Positions 26,793 through 40,712 of a DNA stretch of 64,000 bases are shown one piece after another. The stretch lies in the NCBI RefSeq assembly GCF_009914755.1, contig NC_060925.1. The stretch is one strand, 5' to 3'. The first letter of the stretch is position 1; every line of letters begins with the position of its first letter. Both the position numbers and the translations under genes were made by a program. Origin of the DNA: the human T2T-CHM13v2.0 reference genome, Homo sapiens. The notes below the pieces were generated by a model that saw nothing but the letters and a program-made list of their open reading frames with translations, made no database searches and had not been told where the DNA came from.

Positions 26793-27479
26793 TAAAAGAA
26801 TTTTTTAAAGGGAATGACATGATTGTACTTATGTTAATGAATAGAATATTCAGATGACGAATGCCCCTCCAAGCCTCACAATTCTAAAGTGCCTTCCTCA
26901 TGCACAAAGAAGGAACCAAGCATTAAGGCCCTGAGGTGTCAGCATATTTTTTCTGTTTGAGAAACAGCAAGCAGACTCAAGTGGCTGAAGTAGAATCCAA
27001 GGTGAGACAGCGTGGGGCACTGGAAATAGTAGGGGAAAATATCAGAGAGATGGGAGTCACTGGAAGGTCCTGATGGCAGGATCAACCTCACTTGGCTTAT
27101 TATGAAAAGAAGCACTGTTTGCTCTGATCCTTGATATCACATAAAGATACGTAACTATTCCTAGAACAGAGCTTGGCACCCAAAACATCCTCTAATGTTG
27201 CTCTTCCCTCAGCACCTATTCCTTGTTAAGCTTCACAGATTCATACTTCTGTTCTTCCACCTTTGACTAAAGAAGAAAATGATCTAAGTCAAAGATGGGA
27301 CTGTCTTTGTGTCTCTTGTAGCCCCTGTGAACAGCATGGGTGTGGACAGCACCTTGAGCTACTCAAGGACAGCGCTGGTACCTACTGAGTTCTTAATTGT
27401 GGAAGATGCTGGAAGCTACTGTTTAAAACATAGATGAAATGGGAAAGGAGCAAATAGTAAGCCACCATCAACTTGCAGT

Positions 27480-27680
27480 CAACATGGTAAAGTGGAAAAA
27501 CCCATGAAGCCTGGATTCAGAAAGCCTGGCTTCTAGACATGGCTCTATCACTCACCAGCCGAGTGGCCTTGGGTAATTCAACTATCTGAGCTTCATTTCT
27601 TCAACTGTTCAGTGAAGGTAATTCCTGCCTCAGTATTGAGGTGGGCAATACAAATGAAATCAAGTGAGTGAGAGCAATTT
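27480..27680 (+). mobile_element. MIR SINE (degenerate)
   Basis: 'ggctctatcactcaccagccgagtggccttgggtaattc...ctgagcttcatttcttcaactgt'. Confidence 0.6.
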
Positions 27681-29496
27681 TTAAAGGATGATGGGGTAAA
27701 TGAGAGTGAGATATCCTCATCTTATCAGTTGACTGGTCCCCAAGCAAGGTCTTGAAGTCACAGAACTGGAATGTAGGTAGGAAAGGGTCTAGAGAATCAA
27801 GCATTTGGTGGCACAGGGCATTGGGCTTTAAGTAAAAAGAGGGGGAAAGAAACAGTGGCTTTATCATGTGATCAGCAGCCACAGTTTTTCCATTCATAAT
27901 AGATTTTGTATCCAATATTTTTTAACTGACAATAAAAAATTTGATAAACTCTATGGTTTCAGATGTATCATAACTCTCTTCCTTAGGGATGCAGCTTCCA
28001 TTGTGAGTAACAAATCTTGGGGAAAGTTCACATGACAGTTCATCTCTAGGAAAGAGCATTTGAATGATCATGGCTAATCATGTTCTGTGTGAATTCAGTT
28101 GGACAGTTAAGGGCAAGATTCCATCTATTACCTATACTCTGTGACCCTCTCTTTCCCAAAGAGGACTCCACCAAAACCACATGCAAATTTAGCTCAATTT
28201 GAGGCATGACATCTATCTGGACCCCTAGTCAGGGACAATCCAAGAAGGCTAATATTATGTCATGATCACCCTTCCTTTGGCCTTGTGGTGACTGGTATCC
28301 TAACTTCAATAACTAAACTCCTTACTTCTGTATCAAATCCCCATTTAGCTCTAGGCATAATCCTAATAATCAATTTTAAAAAGCAGTTATATGTTACACT
28401 GTTAGTGTGATTCAGGCATGTGCTAAGTCCTTCATTATTTTTAACATCACAATAATCCTACAAGGTAGTCACTGTCTTCTAATAGACTTTGTAGAGGTTG
28501 GAGTTCAGAGAGATGAAATACTTGCTCAGGGGCATGTGTTAGTAATTGGGGAAATCAGGATTTGGATCGAGCTGTTCATCTCCCCAGCCTTAGTCAGAAT
28601 GGTCCGAGTGCTCAAACCTGGCTCCTGAATGCTGACCCTGTGCCTGGGTCCTCTCTAAAGTCTTCCTGTCTTTGTGGCCTCCCCTGGACTCCCTGGCTGG
28701 CTGGAATTGCCACCACTTACCACTTGCTGGATTTCCCCGATGCTGATGCTGACTCCTGTAGGAGCGCCTGCCTGTCTCCATGGTAACAGATCCTGCATAC
28801 TATTCTCCTAGTTAGATTTTCTTCCCCCATTCTGCACCTGGACAATCAGCCTAGCACCTGCCCCATTCTAGTAGCCATCCCTGTGTCTCAAGTCTCAGTG
28901 TTTTCCAGCCTGTGATTTCCAAGCATGCGAAGTTGGCTATGTGACCTTGGAGTCTCCTAGGTGAAAACGTTGGAGGCCATGACATAGATGCCAACAAAAA
29001 TACTCACTTTCACCCTATTTCACTTTCTAGGTAAACAGCATAAACCTTGAAACTGTGTAATTATCACTTTAAAAACTAAATGAGAGTGACCAAATTCAGA
29101 CTGTGATGAATTCAGTTGTTTGTATAGAAGTTAAACATTAATGCAACATCCCAAAATTGGCAGCCACAATGATACACTTAATTGCCATAAATAAAGAAGT
29201 TCTTTCTTCCAAAAATGAAAAAGAATAAAGTGCTGAGATAAGGTTGATGTCTTTAAATGCAGTAGTCTCTAAGTGATAGATTTCAAATAGTGTTTAAGGA
29301 AGGGAAACATTGTTTTTGTAAGTAATGGTAGTTAAATTCTCAATACATAATCCAGAGAAAAGAGCGGCATCTCTGACTAAATGGCAACATGAATGAAGGT
29401 CAGACCTCTTCTAGGTTGTCCTTCTCTGTTCAGCCACCATTCGGGAAGCCCCTCGTTTATACCACACACATACATCTATTCACACACTCACATACG

Positions 29497-29522
29497 CACA
29501 CACACACACACACACACACACA
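29497..29522. repeat. (CA)13 microsatellite
   Basis: Read directly from the sequence. Confidence 0.95.
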
Positions 29523-31552
29523 CGACCTGGTCTCAGCCTTTTTATTTTTTAAGCGATTCTATGACTCATTCCTGAAAGTATTTAGTTCAGTGTGAATTGA
29601 GATGACAGGGTTGTAAAAGACATTGATGGTTTTACTTTAGGAACTGGATATTAAGGAAGAAGAAAAGCTCTGAGTTGTTTTGCATAAAGAACCACATGGA
29701 TCAGGAGGGATTTTCTGAAACAGAAATTCCCTTAGCAGTCTTCTTCCCTATCCTGTTACAAGCTGCTTGACCAACCTGAAGTTCTGCTGACACGGGGATC
29801 CTTAGCTTTGAATTTTGCCTCCTTCCCACTGTGACCAACCCTCAACCCTATCTCCAGCCTCTCTGCCTGTAACCTTGACAACCTCCTTTGCCTGACTTTG
29901 AATTGTGACAGACTCACTCCTGTCACTCTAAAGTGAGCATCGCCGTAAAAATTCTTCATGGCAAACAATAGATTCTGCCTCTTTTTATACTTTCACCAAG
30001 CTCTGCGTGTCCATGATGATTTAAAAGTCAGTCTCCGGTCTCTCCCTTTCAGTTCGTCACCTACCTGGAACAAAACAACCTTTAAACCAGAACAACTAAG
30101 ACAGTTTTCATAGATCTGGATGTATGGATTAGATTGATCATTGTTCATATATTCATCTGTTTTTCAAGCCCAGCAGAGATATTACAGCAGAACTAAAACT
30201 GATTAATCTGAATATCCTCTGACTGATATTAATAGTCTGGCTTAATCTTAAAATTTGAAAGAAAAAAAATGAAATTTGCCAATCTGATATGTTACATCAG
30301 AAAAATTAAAGATAAGCAAATAAGAGTACGTCAAATCTCCTGTTCCTTCGGACGCTTGGATAAGATTCCCTTTCTAATGTTCACTAGATTCTGCATGATT
30401 CCAACTTTTCTGCTTTGGATTAACAGTGTAGCTCACATTAATTTTTATTACTGATGACTTTACCCAGCATTCAGGTGACAACAATAATTTATTCATGGGT
30501 GAATCAAATGTCAGTGCTTCCCTGATAGAGTCCTGTGTGATTTCTAGTTATGTCTTTTTACTTGGAAGCTAAAACTTATATATTGCACTTTTTCCCCCCT
30601 GGGGTTAGTTTGTGAAGTTTGTTTTATTAGGCAACAGACATAGGAAAAGGTATCAGTTCTTCTTAATAGTTGCATTTAAATGCATATATGAACATTTCAT
30701 TGTGGGTAGTTGGGACTGAAAGTTCACAAGGAAGTTACCTATTAGATATATGGTCTGTTTCAGTGCCCAAACTTAATGCTGAAATGTATGAAAAACTCTT
30801 CTAAAATTCAGTCTGAGCTACTTATGCACAAGGGCCATAGGATTGGCCTCCATACAATTATTTAAGATGTTATAAAGAGTATTTTCCATCTTTCTTATGC
30901 TTGGAAATAGTTAGGTTTTATGACTGCTGAGTCAGAGCCAAAAAATATAATTTTATGCCATAAAATACAACCTTTTCCTTTGGCTGTGAAAATTTATATG
31001 TACATATTTATGTGCATATATAGATAAAAATCTTCATAAACAGACTAGCCCATTTGAGATGAACTCTATTTAAAGCATGTCATTCCTGACTCTGATGATA
31101 TTACTGCTATGTTTAAAAAAAAAACAGTGCCTCCCCATAACCTACCAAATTAAAAACAAATACTCTAAACTGGTATTAAAGTCTCTACCCAGTTTTCCAA
31201 AAATTCTTCCTGCTTTTTCTCCTAATTCTTGACAACACAAACTCTTAACTTGCCAAAAGAGACCAAATACAGTTGCCACTTGCTGAAACATTTGATTCTG
31301 TCTCAAACTCCACCATTATTTCCATTTGTCAAAATGTTAGTCATCCTTCAAATCTCTTCTTAATGCTACCTCCTTTAGTTATTCCCCATCTCCTCCTAAA
31401 ATTTTTTCTCTACAACTTGGATTCCCATCATTCTTTGCAGCTCTCCGATGGTATTTGCCACAATTCTGCTTTGCTGCATACTTGTGGGTATCATTTTCTT
31501 GTTATTCTTCCCTTGCCCCCATTAGTCCATACAATCTTCGAGGATGGGAATG

Positions 31553-31980
31553 TGATATAGTTTGGATGCTTGTCCCCACCCAAATGTCATGTTGAATCAT
31601 AATCTCCAGTGTTGGAGGTGAAGCTTGGTGTGAGGTGATTGGATCATGGAGGCAGAATTCTCATGAATGGTTTAGCACTATCCCCTTGGTGCTGTCTTGG
31701 TGATAGTTCTCACAAGACCGGGTCGTTTAAAAGTGTGTGGCGCCTTCCCTCCCTCCCTCTCCCTCTCTCTTGCTTCTGCTTCACCATGTGATGTGCCTAC
31801 TCCCTCTTCTCCTTCTGCCATGATTGTAAGTTTCCTGAGACCTCCCCAGAAGCCAAGCAGATAGCCAGCACCAGGCTTCCTGCAAAGCCTGGAGAACCAT
31901 GAGCCAATTAAACCATTTTTCTTTATAAATTACCCAGTATCAGGCATTTCTTTACAGCAATGCAAGAACGGCCTAACACA
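31553..31980 (+). mobile_element. MST-family MaLR solo LTR
   Basis: 'tgatatagtttggatg...gccaattaaacc...gcaagaacggcctaacaca'. Confidence 0.92.
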
Positions 31981-32282
31981 GGATATGTTCTGCTCATCTT
32001 TGCAGAATTCAGCATCTAACCCAACCTCACATGAAACAGCTGCACCAGAGAGAAATAAAACAAAACTGTTACATTAAATGGATCTTTAAAAAATCATTAC
32101 AACAACATCTTTACAACAGATCGCATGGGCACATGTGTTGAAACTGTGGTATCTGATAGCCCATCCACAAAAATGTAATGGGACAGCCTAAAAGCTAAGG
32201 GCTTTACCCATCTGAGGGATTTTGAACAACACCAAATGTATGAGAGCAAAGTATCAGCTGGTTTTCCCACCAAGATGCTCAG

Positions 32283-32337
32283 GTATAAACCAATGAAGAA
32301 AATATTTAAATCTGTATAAACCAGTGAAGAGAATATT
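32283..32337. repeat. Short tandem duplication, period 31
   Basis: gtataaaccaRtgaagaRaatatt at 32283-32306 and 32314-32337. Confidence 0.85.
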
Positions 32338-33527
32338 CTAAGGGAACTTCATAGAATGGAATGGGAATAGAAGCTTCCTTCCATTTAAACACTATGCAAG
32401 CCCACTTTACATGGACATTGAGCAAAAACACAAAAGAGATGGACTACAAACTCTTTTCTATATACTTTTTCACAACACCCACAGACCCAGATCCAGAAAG
32501 CATCTTTAGCCCAAGCAAGCAGTAAAAGGCAAAGTCCCTTTTCTAATGACCAAATGCATTCCCATGTGTTTGCCTGCTTATGTTCTGGGCTGAACTAAAT
32601 GAAGCACCCAGTAGTTCCGCAGATACCATTAAAGGAGCCCAGGAGATAGCAAACATTCTCCACTTTTAAAGGTAGTGGAGGGGACTATTCTCACCTAAGT
32701 ACTTTCTTAAACCATACATTTCCCCCTACCATAAAATGCACTCCTGCCATGGGGGCTAGTGGGAGGTTGCCTTCACCTGCCCCACCTGCTCTCCTCACCA
32801 AGGGAGCTAAGTACTCCAGATGGAAGGAAATCTCAAGGCATCCAATAGTCAAGAAAAAATCTGGGGAATGACATAGGTGAATGTGGCAAAGTTACAAAAC
32901 ATGAGTGGAAAAGAAAGCAAAAAACCCTAAGAGGCTAGGGGCAAAATGGCCACAGTTCATATTTAGCTCTGGTGTTAGTGAATTCTAAAAGGTTTTAATT
33001 TCTGGCTTCCAGAGCACACCATATCCTTAAAGGGTCTTTAAGTTGGAGTAGGTGAGCCCTAGCCTCCTTAAGGGGTAAATCATCCCTGTTTATTTAGCTT
33101 CTAATTCTAAGCCCATCTGCCTTGATTTGTTACTAAGGAGAATGCTTTCCTAAAGTCCATGTGTCAGCCTTCTTTTCATCATCTGGAACACAGTCACCAA
33201 ACACATGGCACCCAGGCTGCCAGCCCCACCCAGGTTTGGAACCCATGGAAAACATTGCTCATCAATCACAACATCCTTTCATGCACACGCCAAATATGGC
33301 CTCAAAATTGTTGTCAGTGCAGCACACTGAAAAGCAACTACTAGTTAATCAGAGTGATATGAAACCATTATACCATTCCTGTGCTATGGCAATCCCTTTA
33401 AATCACCTAAAGTTGCTTTTTGGGCTTCCAAAATTGGACTACTTCTCATCACTTTATCTTCCTGAAACCCAGACCTTCAGCTTGCTCACAACCATAGCAA
33501 ACCATTGCCTGTTTGCCTCTTTCTTGA

Positions 33528-33926
33528 TGTGTAAGGCCATTCTTGCATTCCTATAAGGAAATACCTGAGACTGGATAGTTTATAAAGAAAAGACGTTTAC
33601 TTGGCTCACAGTTCTGAAAGCTTTCCTGGAAGCATGTTGGCATCTTCTTGGCTTCTAGGGAAGCCTTAAGAAGCTTACAATCATGGTGGAAGGCAAAGGG
33701 GGAGCAGGCACATCATATGGTGAAAACAGGAACAGGCAAGAGAGAATGGAGGATGAGGTGCCACACACTTGAAACAACCAGATCTCACGAGAACTCACTC
33801 ACTATCATAGGATAGCACCAACGCATGAGGGATCTGCCCCCAGGATCCAAACACATCCCACCTCCAGCACTGGGTATTACATTTCAACATGAGATTTGGG
33901 CAGGGACAAATATTGAAACTATATTG
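33528..33926 (-). mobile_element. MST-family MaLR solo LTR
   Basis: 'cattcttgcattcctataaggaaatacctgagactgg...gagatttgggcagggacaaatattgaaactat'; near-TSD cttga/ctcga. Confidence 0.92.
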
Positions 33927-34879
33927 CTCGATATCATCCTCCCAACCTGGCTTATTATATTGCTGACCATAGGGAATCACTGACTCTAATTTTTGCTGTG
34001 TCTTTTCGGTTTCCAAGCCATTGCATGTATCTGACCTTGAATTTTACCTACCTCGACTCTTGACTTTAATTTCGTACTGGTCAGCCCTGCTTCTACCAAA
34101 GTTTTATCATGAATGCAACTCAGTGTTAGTGAGTGTTCCAGAAGAGTCTTCATGTTTTTAATTGTTTGCTCCAAGGGTGCAGCCATACAAGAAAATGTCC
34201 TAGGGCAAGGCCCTCAGTTAAGAAATAGAATACAGGTCAGACACTGGGGACCAGGAGCCCAGGATACCATCAGAGGTTCACTGAAATTCCCCCAGGGCCC
34301 CCCTTATCACTTCTTCCAACACATAACTTTGGAGCCAGTAAGTCCCCAGGGCAGGTATGAGCTTAGGAGCTCACCACACCTCTCTCACACATGGGATGTG
34401 ACTGCACTATTTCATCACCCCAATCCTCTCAGCACCCAGCTCACCCAAACAAAAGGTCAGCATTTTGATGCGCCATTGTTAAAAGGTCACTGAGTCCTGC
34501 AGGAGACTATAAAATAGGGTGGACTATCCAGCTGTAAGTTAACAAATGGGCCATTCTGACAGGGGTTCACATGATTTCAAAATTTATTTACAGATTAGTC
34601 CATGGCATTCAAAACTATGGGAACAATATGAGTGAACCAAAGAAGAAAGTCATCTTCACAAAGTTGGCAAGACTTCATAAACTTCAGAAACTTTTCAAGG
34701 CAGAAGTTTTTTTTCAAGATTTCTCTGGATTAAAATTTCTTATGTCTCCCCCACCCCACTGTGAAACCACAGAGGCTCCTGAAACATCTCCCAAATTTTC
34801 AGCTGCTGGCTGTCAGTAAGCATTCATGCCACCAATATCTCCCTGGGAGAGTGGTAGTTGGGAGGGCTCTGATAGTCAC

Positions 34880-36810
34880 TGTGAAAAATTAAAGATGGCC
34901 ACAAACTGTGTGCTCTTCCTCTCATTGAGAAGACTACAGACTCACTCATTGAATATGAGCTATGAGAATTCAGCAGAATGACATCTGGGACTTCCAAGGC
35001 TCACTCTTAAGAAACATTGCCACTTGCATCCAGATCTCTTGAAACGTTCTCTCTCAGGACATTCCCTCTTATAATGCAGCCAATGCCACAGAGAGAAGCC
35101 ATATGGAGGTACTCAGGTTGATAGCCCCACCTGAGCTCCAAGATAACGGCCAGCCCTGTGAGTGATCCATTTGCACATACAACCCATTCAAGTCTTCAGA
35201 TAAGTATAGCCCTGCACCTGCCTGGAACTGCAGAAGAGAACCCAGGCAAGAACTATCCAGCCAAACACTTCCCAAATTTCTGATCCACAAAACCACACAA
35301 GCAAAATAAAATGTTTGAGCCACAAAGTTTTGGGGTGAGTTTTCACATAGCCATGTATAACTACAGCAGAATTTGTTATCAGAAAGGGATTCTGTCATAA
35401 AAATCTACAACAATGGCTTTGGGACCAAGTAGCAAGCACTAGATCTTAGGACCTTGAGGAGATAGATATGAAAGCTGCAAGGCCTTCAAGGAGATAAGAA
35501 CTTGAAAGAGAGAGGGAACTATATTTGGGTCCTGGAGAAAGGGCACCTGAATTAAATACTGGCCAACAGTTAGCAATACTGTTGCCTACAGTAACGTGGA
35601 AAATAGAAGAGACAGTGTACCTAAAGGTCTTCAGGATCTGACTAAGATTTCCAGGCAGAATGTTGAAAGTGCTTTTTGTAGTTGCCTATAATAAATTCAG
35701 GAAGAGAGGGATGGATTAAAGAAAAGACTTCAAAACAATTTAACAGAATTTAAAGGAATTACAAAGGATCTAGGATTTGCTAGGTTTCAAAATAAATTGC
35801 TTCTCATCTCCAGTCTCTCTCTAAAAGGGTTTTCAATGTAAGAAATGGTTAATTACTTCAGGATAAAGATCAAATCCAGTCTTTCTTAAGACCTCAAGAA
35901 GGTTTAAAGGGATGCCCCACAGAAACTTTCAGCCACATGAAGGGCTTTCTAAGGATCTAAGAGAAAGCTTTGTAGACCCTCTCTGTGAATCAAGAGAATG
36001 TGTAAGCATCTGAACTGTGTTAATCTATAGGAGCCTCATATAGGACTCAAGACAGATAAGGATGTATCTTAAAGATATGTAGGTGAGGCTTTTTATTAAT
36101 AGAATAAGTGCCAATAAGTCATGGGAAACCCATAGACTTTTTTAAGAGAATCGTATTGATAGAAGAGCTGCCCACTTAGACTAAAAGAGACAGAGAAAAT
36201 ACAAAATGAAAAGAGGCCAGACTGTTTCCTGGCCTTTCTACCAGCAGGAAACAGTCTGAGAAAGTAGCTCAGTTGCAGACATGGGCTTTTTTCTGTTTCT
36301 TAGGAAGGCTGATTAAAGGTGGAACTAATATATGAGACAGTAGAGACAAGAGCCTCAGAGAGTAGTTCCAAGACAGTTAAGACTGGACCCTAATCAAGGA
36401 ACTGGCAACATGTGACTGGCTTGATTTCAGAATTGCTGTGGATCAGTAACTGCTGTGTGTCTCCCATCCCACCTCCCCTGTTTCTGAATAGGAGTGTTCA
36501 TAGGAGTTATCTTATCTCTGTACCACCAACATATATTGAGTAGGAGTGGGGCAGGTAACTTATCTTCAGATTAAGAGAAATCATTTTCAAGGAACTACTC
36601 CTCTCCCCAGGAGCCCATCCACATATGGACATGATTTAGATGACAAAATCCTGAACCTTAAACCAATGCTACAATAGAAAGAGACTTTTGGGGGCTTGGG
36701 AGGGACCATTTTTCACTTGGGAAGAATCGAAATAGTTTGTTCTCAGAAGGAAAACCTTACTTGATTAAAGGTGTCTACAAACATTTTGTTACTCCTCCCT
36801 TTAAGAATCT
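34880..36810 (+). mobile_element. MLT1 (H/G-like) MaLR: LTR (~34880-35365), internal region, and start of a second LTR
   Basis: LTR start 'taaagatggccacaaac', LTR end 'aagttttggggtg...catagccatgtataact'; similar start 'ttaaaggtgtctacaaacattttgttactcctccc' at ~36765. Confidence 0.7.
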
Positions 36811-37118
36811 GGGCCAGGCACAGTGGCTTACACCTGTAATCCCAGCACTTTGGGAGGCTGAGACAGGAGGATCACTAGAGGCCAGGAGTTCAAGACCAGC
36901 TTGGGCAACATAGTGAGACTTCATCTCTACAAAAAATTTAAAAATAATTAGCTGGGTGTAGCGGTGCATGCCTGTAGTCCCAGCTACTCCAGAGGCTGAG
37001 GCAGGAGGATTGCCTAAGCTCAGGAGTTAGTGGCTTCAGTGAGCTATGAACACACACCACTGCAAACACTCTAGCCTGGGAAACAGAGTTAGACCATGTT
37101 TCTAAAAGAAAAAAAAAA
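36811..37118 (+). mobile_element. AluJ SINE
   Basis: 'ggccaggcacagtggcttacacctgtaatccc...' with poly(A) tail. Confidence 0.92.
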
Positions 37119-37771
37119 GGAAATTGGACTGGGAGAGAGTAGGACACCTAATACTGTTTATAGATAAAACTCATCAAAGAGATTTGGGATCTTTCCTTAT
37201 ACTGTACCACAAAAAGTAAAAACTATTAAGATTTAAAGATTACTGTTAGTTTGATATATGAAACTTTAAATAAGTATTAGGTAGAAGAAAATAACCAACA
37301 CAAAAAAAAATTCTGGTGAGTGATAAATAAACCTTGTTGTGGGCCTTAGAGGTTTCAGGAAGCCTCATGCACTTTCTGAGTTATGTTATCCCCTCACACC
37401 TGTGGTCTCTGTACAGAGGGCAGTACCAGCAACACCTTACATTCCTTACACTACCTCTCAGCCAGCAAGATCTTGCATTCTTGCTGCACAGCAATTTGGA
37501 CAAGGCTGAAAAAAATTAGTTTTCCCAGATCAAGGTGTCTAATTGCAGCTGTAGTCTAACTTCAGGATAAAACAGAATGGGAGCATTTAGGCTTACCGAA
37601 TCAATTTGAGGTGCTTCTTCATTCCAATTGTACATTTATTGGTGTTACTAATGTCTCAGAGTTGACTCTGAAAATAATTAACTGAACCTAAATTCAGTTT
37701 ATCTGCAGAACATTTTTACTGTCCTGAATGGGGTACACCTGTCATTTGTGCATGGAGGTCCAAAAGATTTC

Positions 37772-38064
37772 TTTTTTTTTTTTTTTTTTTGAGACGGAGT
37801 CTTGCTCTGTCATCAGGCTGGAGTGCTGGCTCACTGCAATCTCTGCCCCCTGGGTTCAAGCAATTCTCCTGCCTCAGCCTCCCGAGTAGCTGGGATTACA
37901 GGCGCCCGCCACCACACGCAGCTAATTTTTGTATTTTTAGTAGAGATGATTTTTAGGGGTTTCACCATGTCGACCAGGATGGTCTCGATCTCCTGACCTC
38001 GTGATCCACCCTCCTCAGCCTCCCAAAGTGCTGGGATTACAGCTGTGAACCACCACGCCCAGGC
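37772..38064 (-). mobile_element. AluS (Sc-like) SINE with small internal deletion and duplication
   Basis: Alu body; sequence missing after 'gagtgc'; extra 'atttttag' near 37949. Confidence 0.92.
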
Positions 38065-38514
38065 AAGGTTTTTCTAGTTAACAGTGTCTTCTCTCTGGAG
38101 GGATCTGCTTTGTGTAGGGAAGAGGGCGGCACTCCGTGCTGCTGAGGGAAAGAGGTTTCCATGTGTCACTGTGTGCCTTCACAATGCTACTCCTCCCTTT
38201 AAAAATTCCTTCTCTCATCTTTTAGGGAAAATATGACTAGGCATTTATTCTTACCTGTATTAAAATTCTCCACCTGGGGAAAAGTAAGTTTAGAATGCAG
38301 CATTTTAAGTCTCCTCTCCCAGACTGAATAACTTGGGGAAAATATATTTATCTTTCTTCTTTGGATCTTCAGAGCACAACAGAGGACATGCCATGTGGCT
38401 CCTATGCGATAAATGTCAGCTGACATGAAAAGAGTCTCATCCATGCATGATCCAGAACAGCCCCTTCCTGTCTGCCCCAACCAGCCTGGCTTTAGCATGA
38501 TAGGAGGTCAAATT

Positions 38515-39075
38515 TTGCAAGCTGCACCCTACAGGGCCCTATATGATCCGTAAACATTTCCCCTACCCACCCAACAACCTCTCTACTGCATATCCTATGC
38601 TCATCCCCTTATTCACACTTCTCCAGCTTCACTCTCCTGCTTGCTCGAACATACCAGGCATGCTCCTCCATTAGTAACCCTGTACTTGCTGTCCTCTCTA
38701 TCTGAAATGCTCCTCCCTGAAACTTCTGTAAGGTTAGCTTCCTCATTTCCTTCAGGTCTGCACTCAAAAGTCACTGTCTCGTGCATGCCTTCTTTGTCTG
38801 CCTGATCCAGATTTCACCCTCCCATGTTGTCTTCCCTTCCTGTTTCTTTTCTTCATAGCAGGTTTCATTATCTGAGGATATATGAAACAGTTTCTTCTTG
38901 TCGATCTACCTACTCATATTGCTCACTAAGTATCTCTTCACTAGAACATAAGCCACAAGAGCCCCGGGGCTTTTGTCTGTTTCATGACTACTCAGCCCCC
39001 AGAACAGTTCCTGATACGTAATAGCTGCTCAATATAAAGTTGATAAGTAAAAGAATAAATTCATGAGTGAGTTTA
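38515..39075 (+). mobile_element. L2 LINE 3' fragment
   Basis: 'ctcgaacataccaggcatgctcc...ctagaacataagccacaagag...agaacagttcctga...gctcaata'. Confidence 0.75.
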
Positions 39076-40164
39076 CAGCAGGCTAACTTCCAATCCAAAG
39101 ACTAGCAGTTTTGAGGATATTTCACAAGGGTAATTTTTATCATAAGTAGATGAAGAAAGGAGGGAAAACAATAAAAGATTTATTAGTGTGTGTTTTTTCC
39201 CAAGATCCTGATCTCATGCTCAGCCTGTTAACATGTCTGGATTCTACAGAGGCATTATAGATAAAATAGATTAAGATAGGCACTTTTCCATTTTATGGAT
39301 ATAAATATCTTAATTATCTTGAGAGGAATGTATAAAGCCATCACCAGGAATAACAGTGATTGCTGACAGGTCCTAACTCTGGTTGTCATCTCACTGGCAA
39401 GTTCCCAAACAGAGTAAAAAGGTTTGCTGCTAATTCAAACCAAACTATTAACAATCCCTGAGTTTCCTGATGTGTTTTAAGAAGAGAGCTCCTGTAGCAT
39501 CTATTAGACTTATGGGCGACGTTTGACCAAAAAGCTGAGTGTTTTGACTGTAAAGATGCCTACTTGAAATACAACATGATAATAGAACAAATATTATGTC
39601 TTACAATCTTATAGGGAAAGCAGTTTCCCATAATCCTTCAGTATTTCAAGACCCATACTGTCAGAATATTCTTACTTAAGTCTAACTTTGATATTTCCTG
39701 TTATAATTTTGACATTACTGATGGGACAGAAAATGAAAAGAGTCAGTCATCCTGTTACTGAGACTGTAGCAACCAAGATGCTTCCTACTTACAAAGACAG
39801 TGTGGGCAAAGTTTGGGCTCTGCTTTTCTCCCACATTTGGCTGCTTTCCCTCCTCTTTGAATACCTTCCTCATTGATGACTCTGCTGACTCTCTCTCTCC
39901 CTACATCAGCCCATTGGGATGGTGGTAGGCATGGAGTTGGCAAGAATCTCTACTATTAAAGGATTGAGGATAAATTTAAACATTTAGAACCTTAAGAATG
40001 GGCATGCAGTAACTGAAGACTCCTGGACAAATCAGTCAGCCTCATTAAGCCTTAATTTCCTTATCTGTAAAATTGGGATGTAAAAAATGCTTACCTTATA
40101 GGACTGTTAAAAGTGTTTCATAAACCCCAAAATGCCACATTGATGATAGTTATTAATATAAATA

Positions 40165-40375
40165 ATAACAGCATATGGAGAAAATATAGCATAGAGGTTA
40201 AAAAGACTAACTTTGCAGTTTGTCATAATTGGGTTCAAATCCTGAATTGCATACTAAACAACTATGGAACCTTGAAAAGCCACATCCCTTCTCTAAGCCC
40301 CAGCTTAGTTATATGTAAGATGAAGATAACAATACTTTATGGAGTTTTGTATGGATTAAGTAAAATGATTAAATA
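40165..40375 (+). mobile_element. MIR SINE, apparently split by the following Alu
   Basis: 'tagcatagaggttaaaaag...tgggttcaaatcctg...'; MIR-like end 'aagcactcaacaaata' resumes at ~40765. Confidence 0.65.
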
Positions 40376-40406
40376 ATTAAATGAAATTTTAAAATGAAAT
40401 AAAGTT

Positions 40407-40712
40407 GGCCAGCCATGGTGGTTCATACCTATAAACCCAGTGATTTGGGAGGCTGAGGCAGCCTCACTTGAGGCTAGGAGTTTGTGACCAGCCTGGCCAA
40501 CACAGTAAGACCCCATCTCTACAAAAACCAAAAAAACCTAGCTAAGGGTAGTGGTGCATGCCTGTAGTCCCAGGTACTCTGGAGGCTGAGATGGATTGAT
40601 CACTTGAGCCTAGGAGTTCCAAGCTGTAGTGAGCCATGATCACACCACTGCATTCCAGCCTGGATGACAGAGCGAGACCCTGTCTCCAAAAATAAATAAA
40701 TAAATAAACAAT
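40407..40712 (+). mobile_element. AluJ SINE
   Basis: Dimeric Alu with (TAAA)n tail. Confidence 0.9.
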
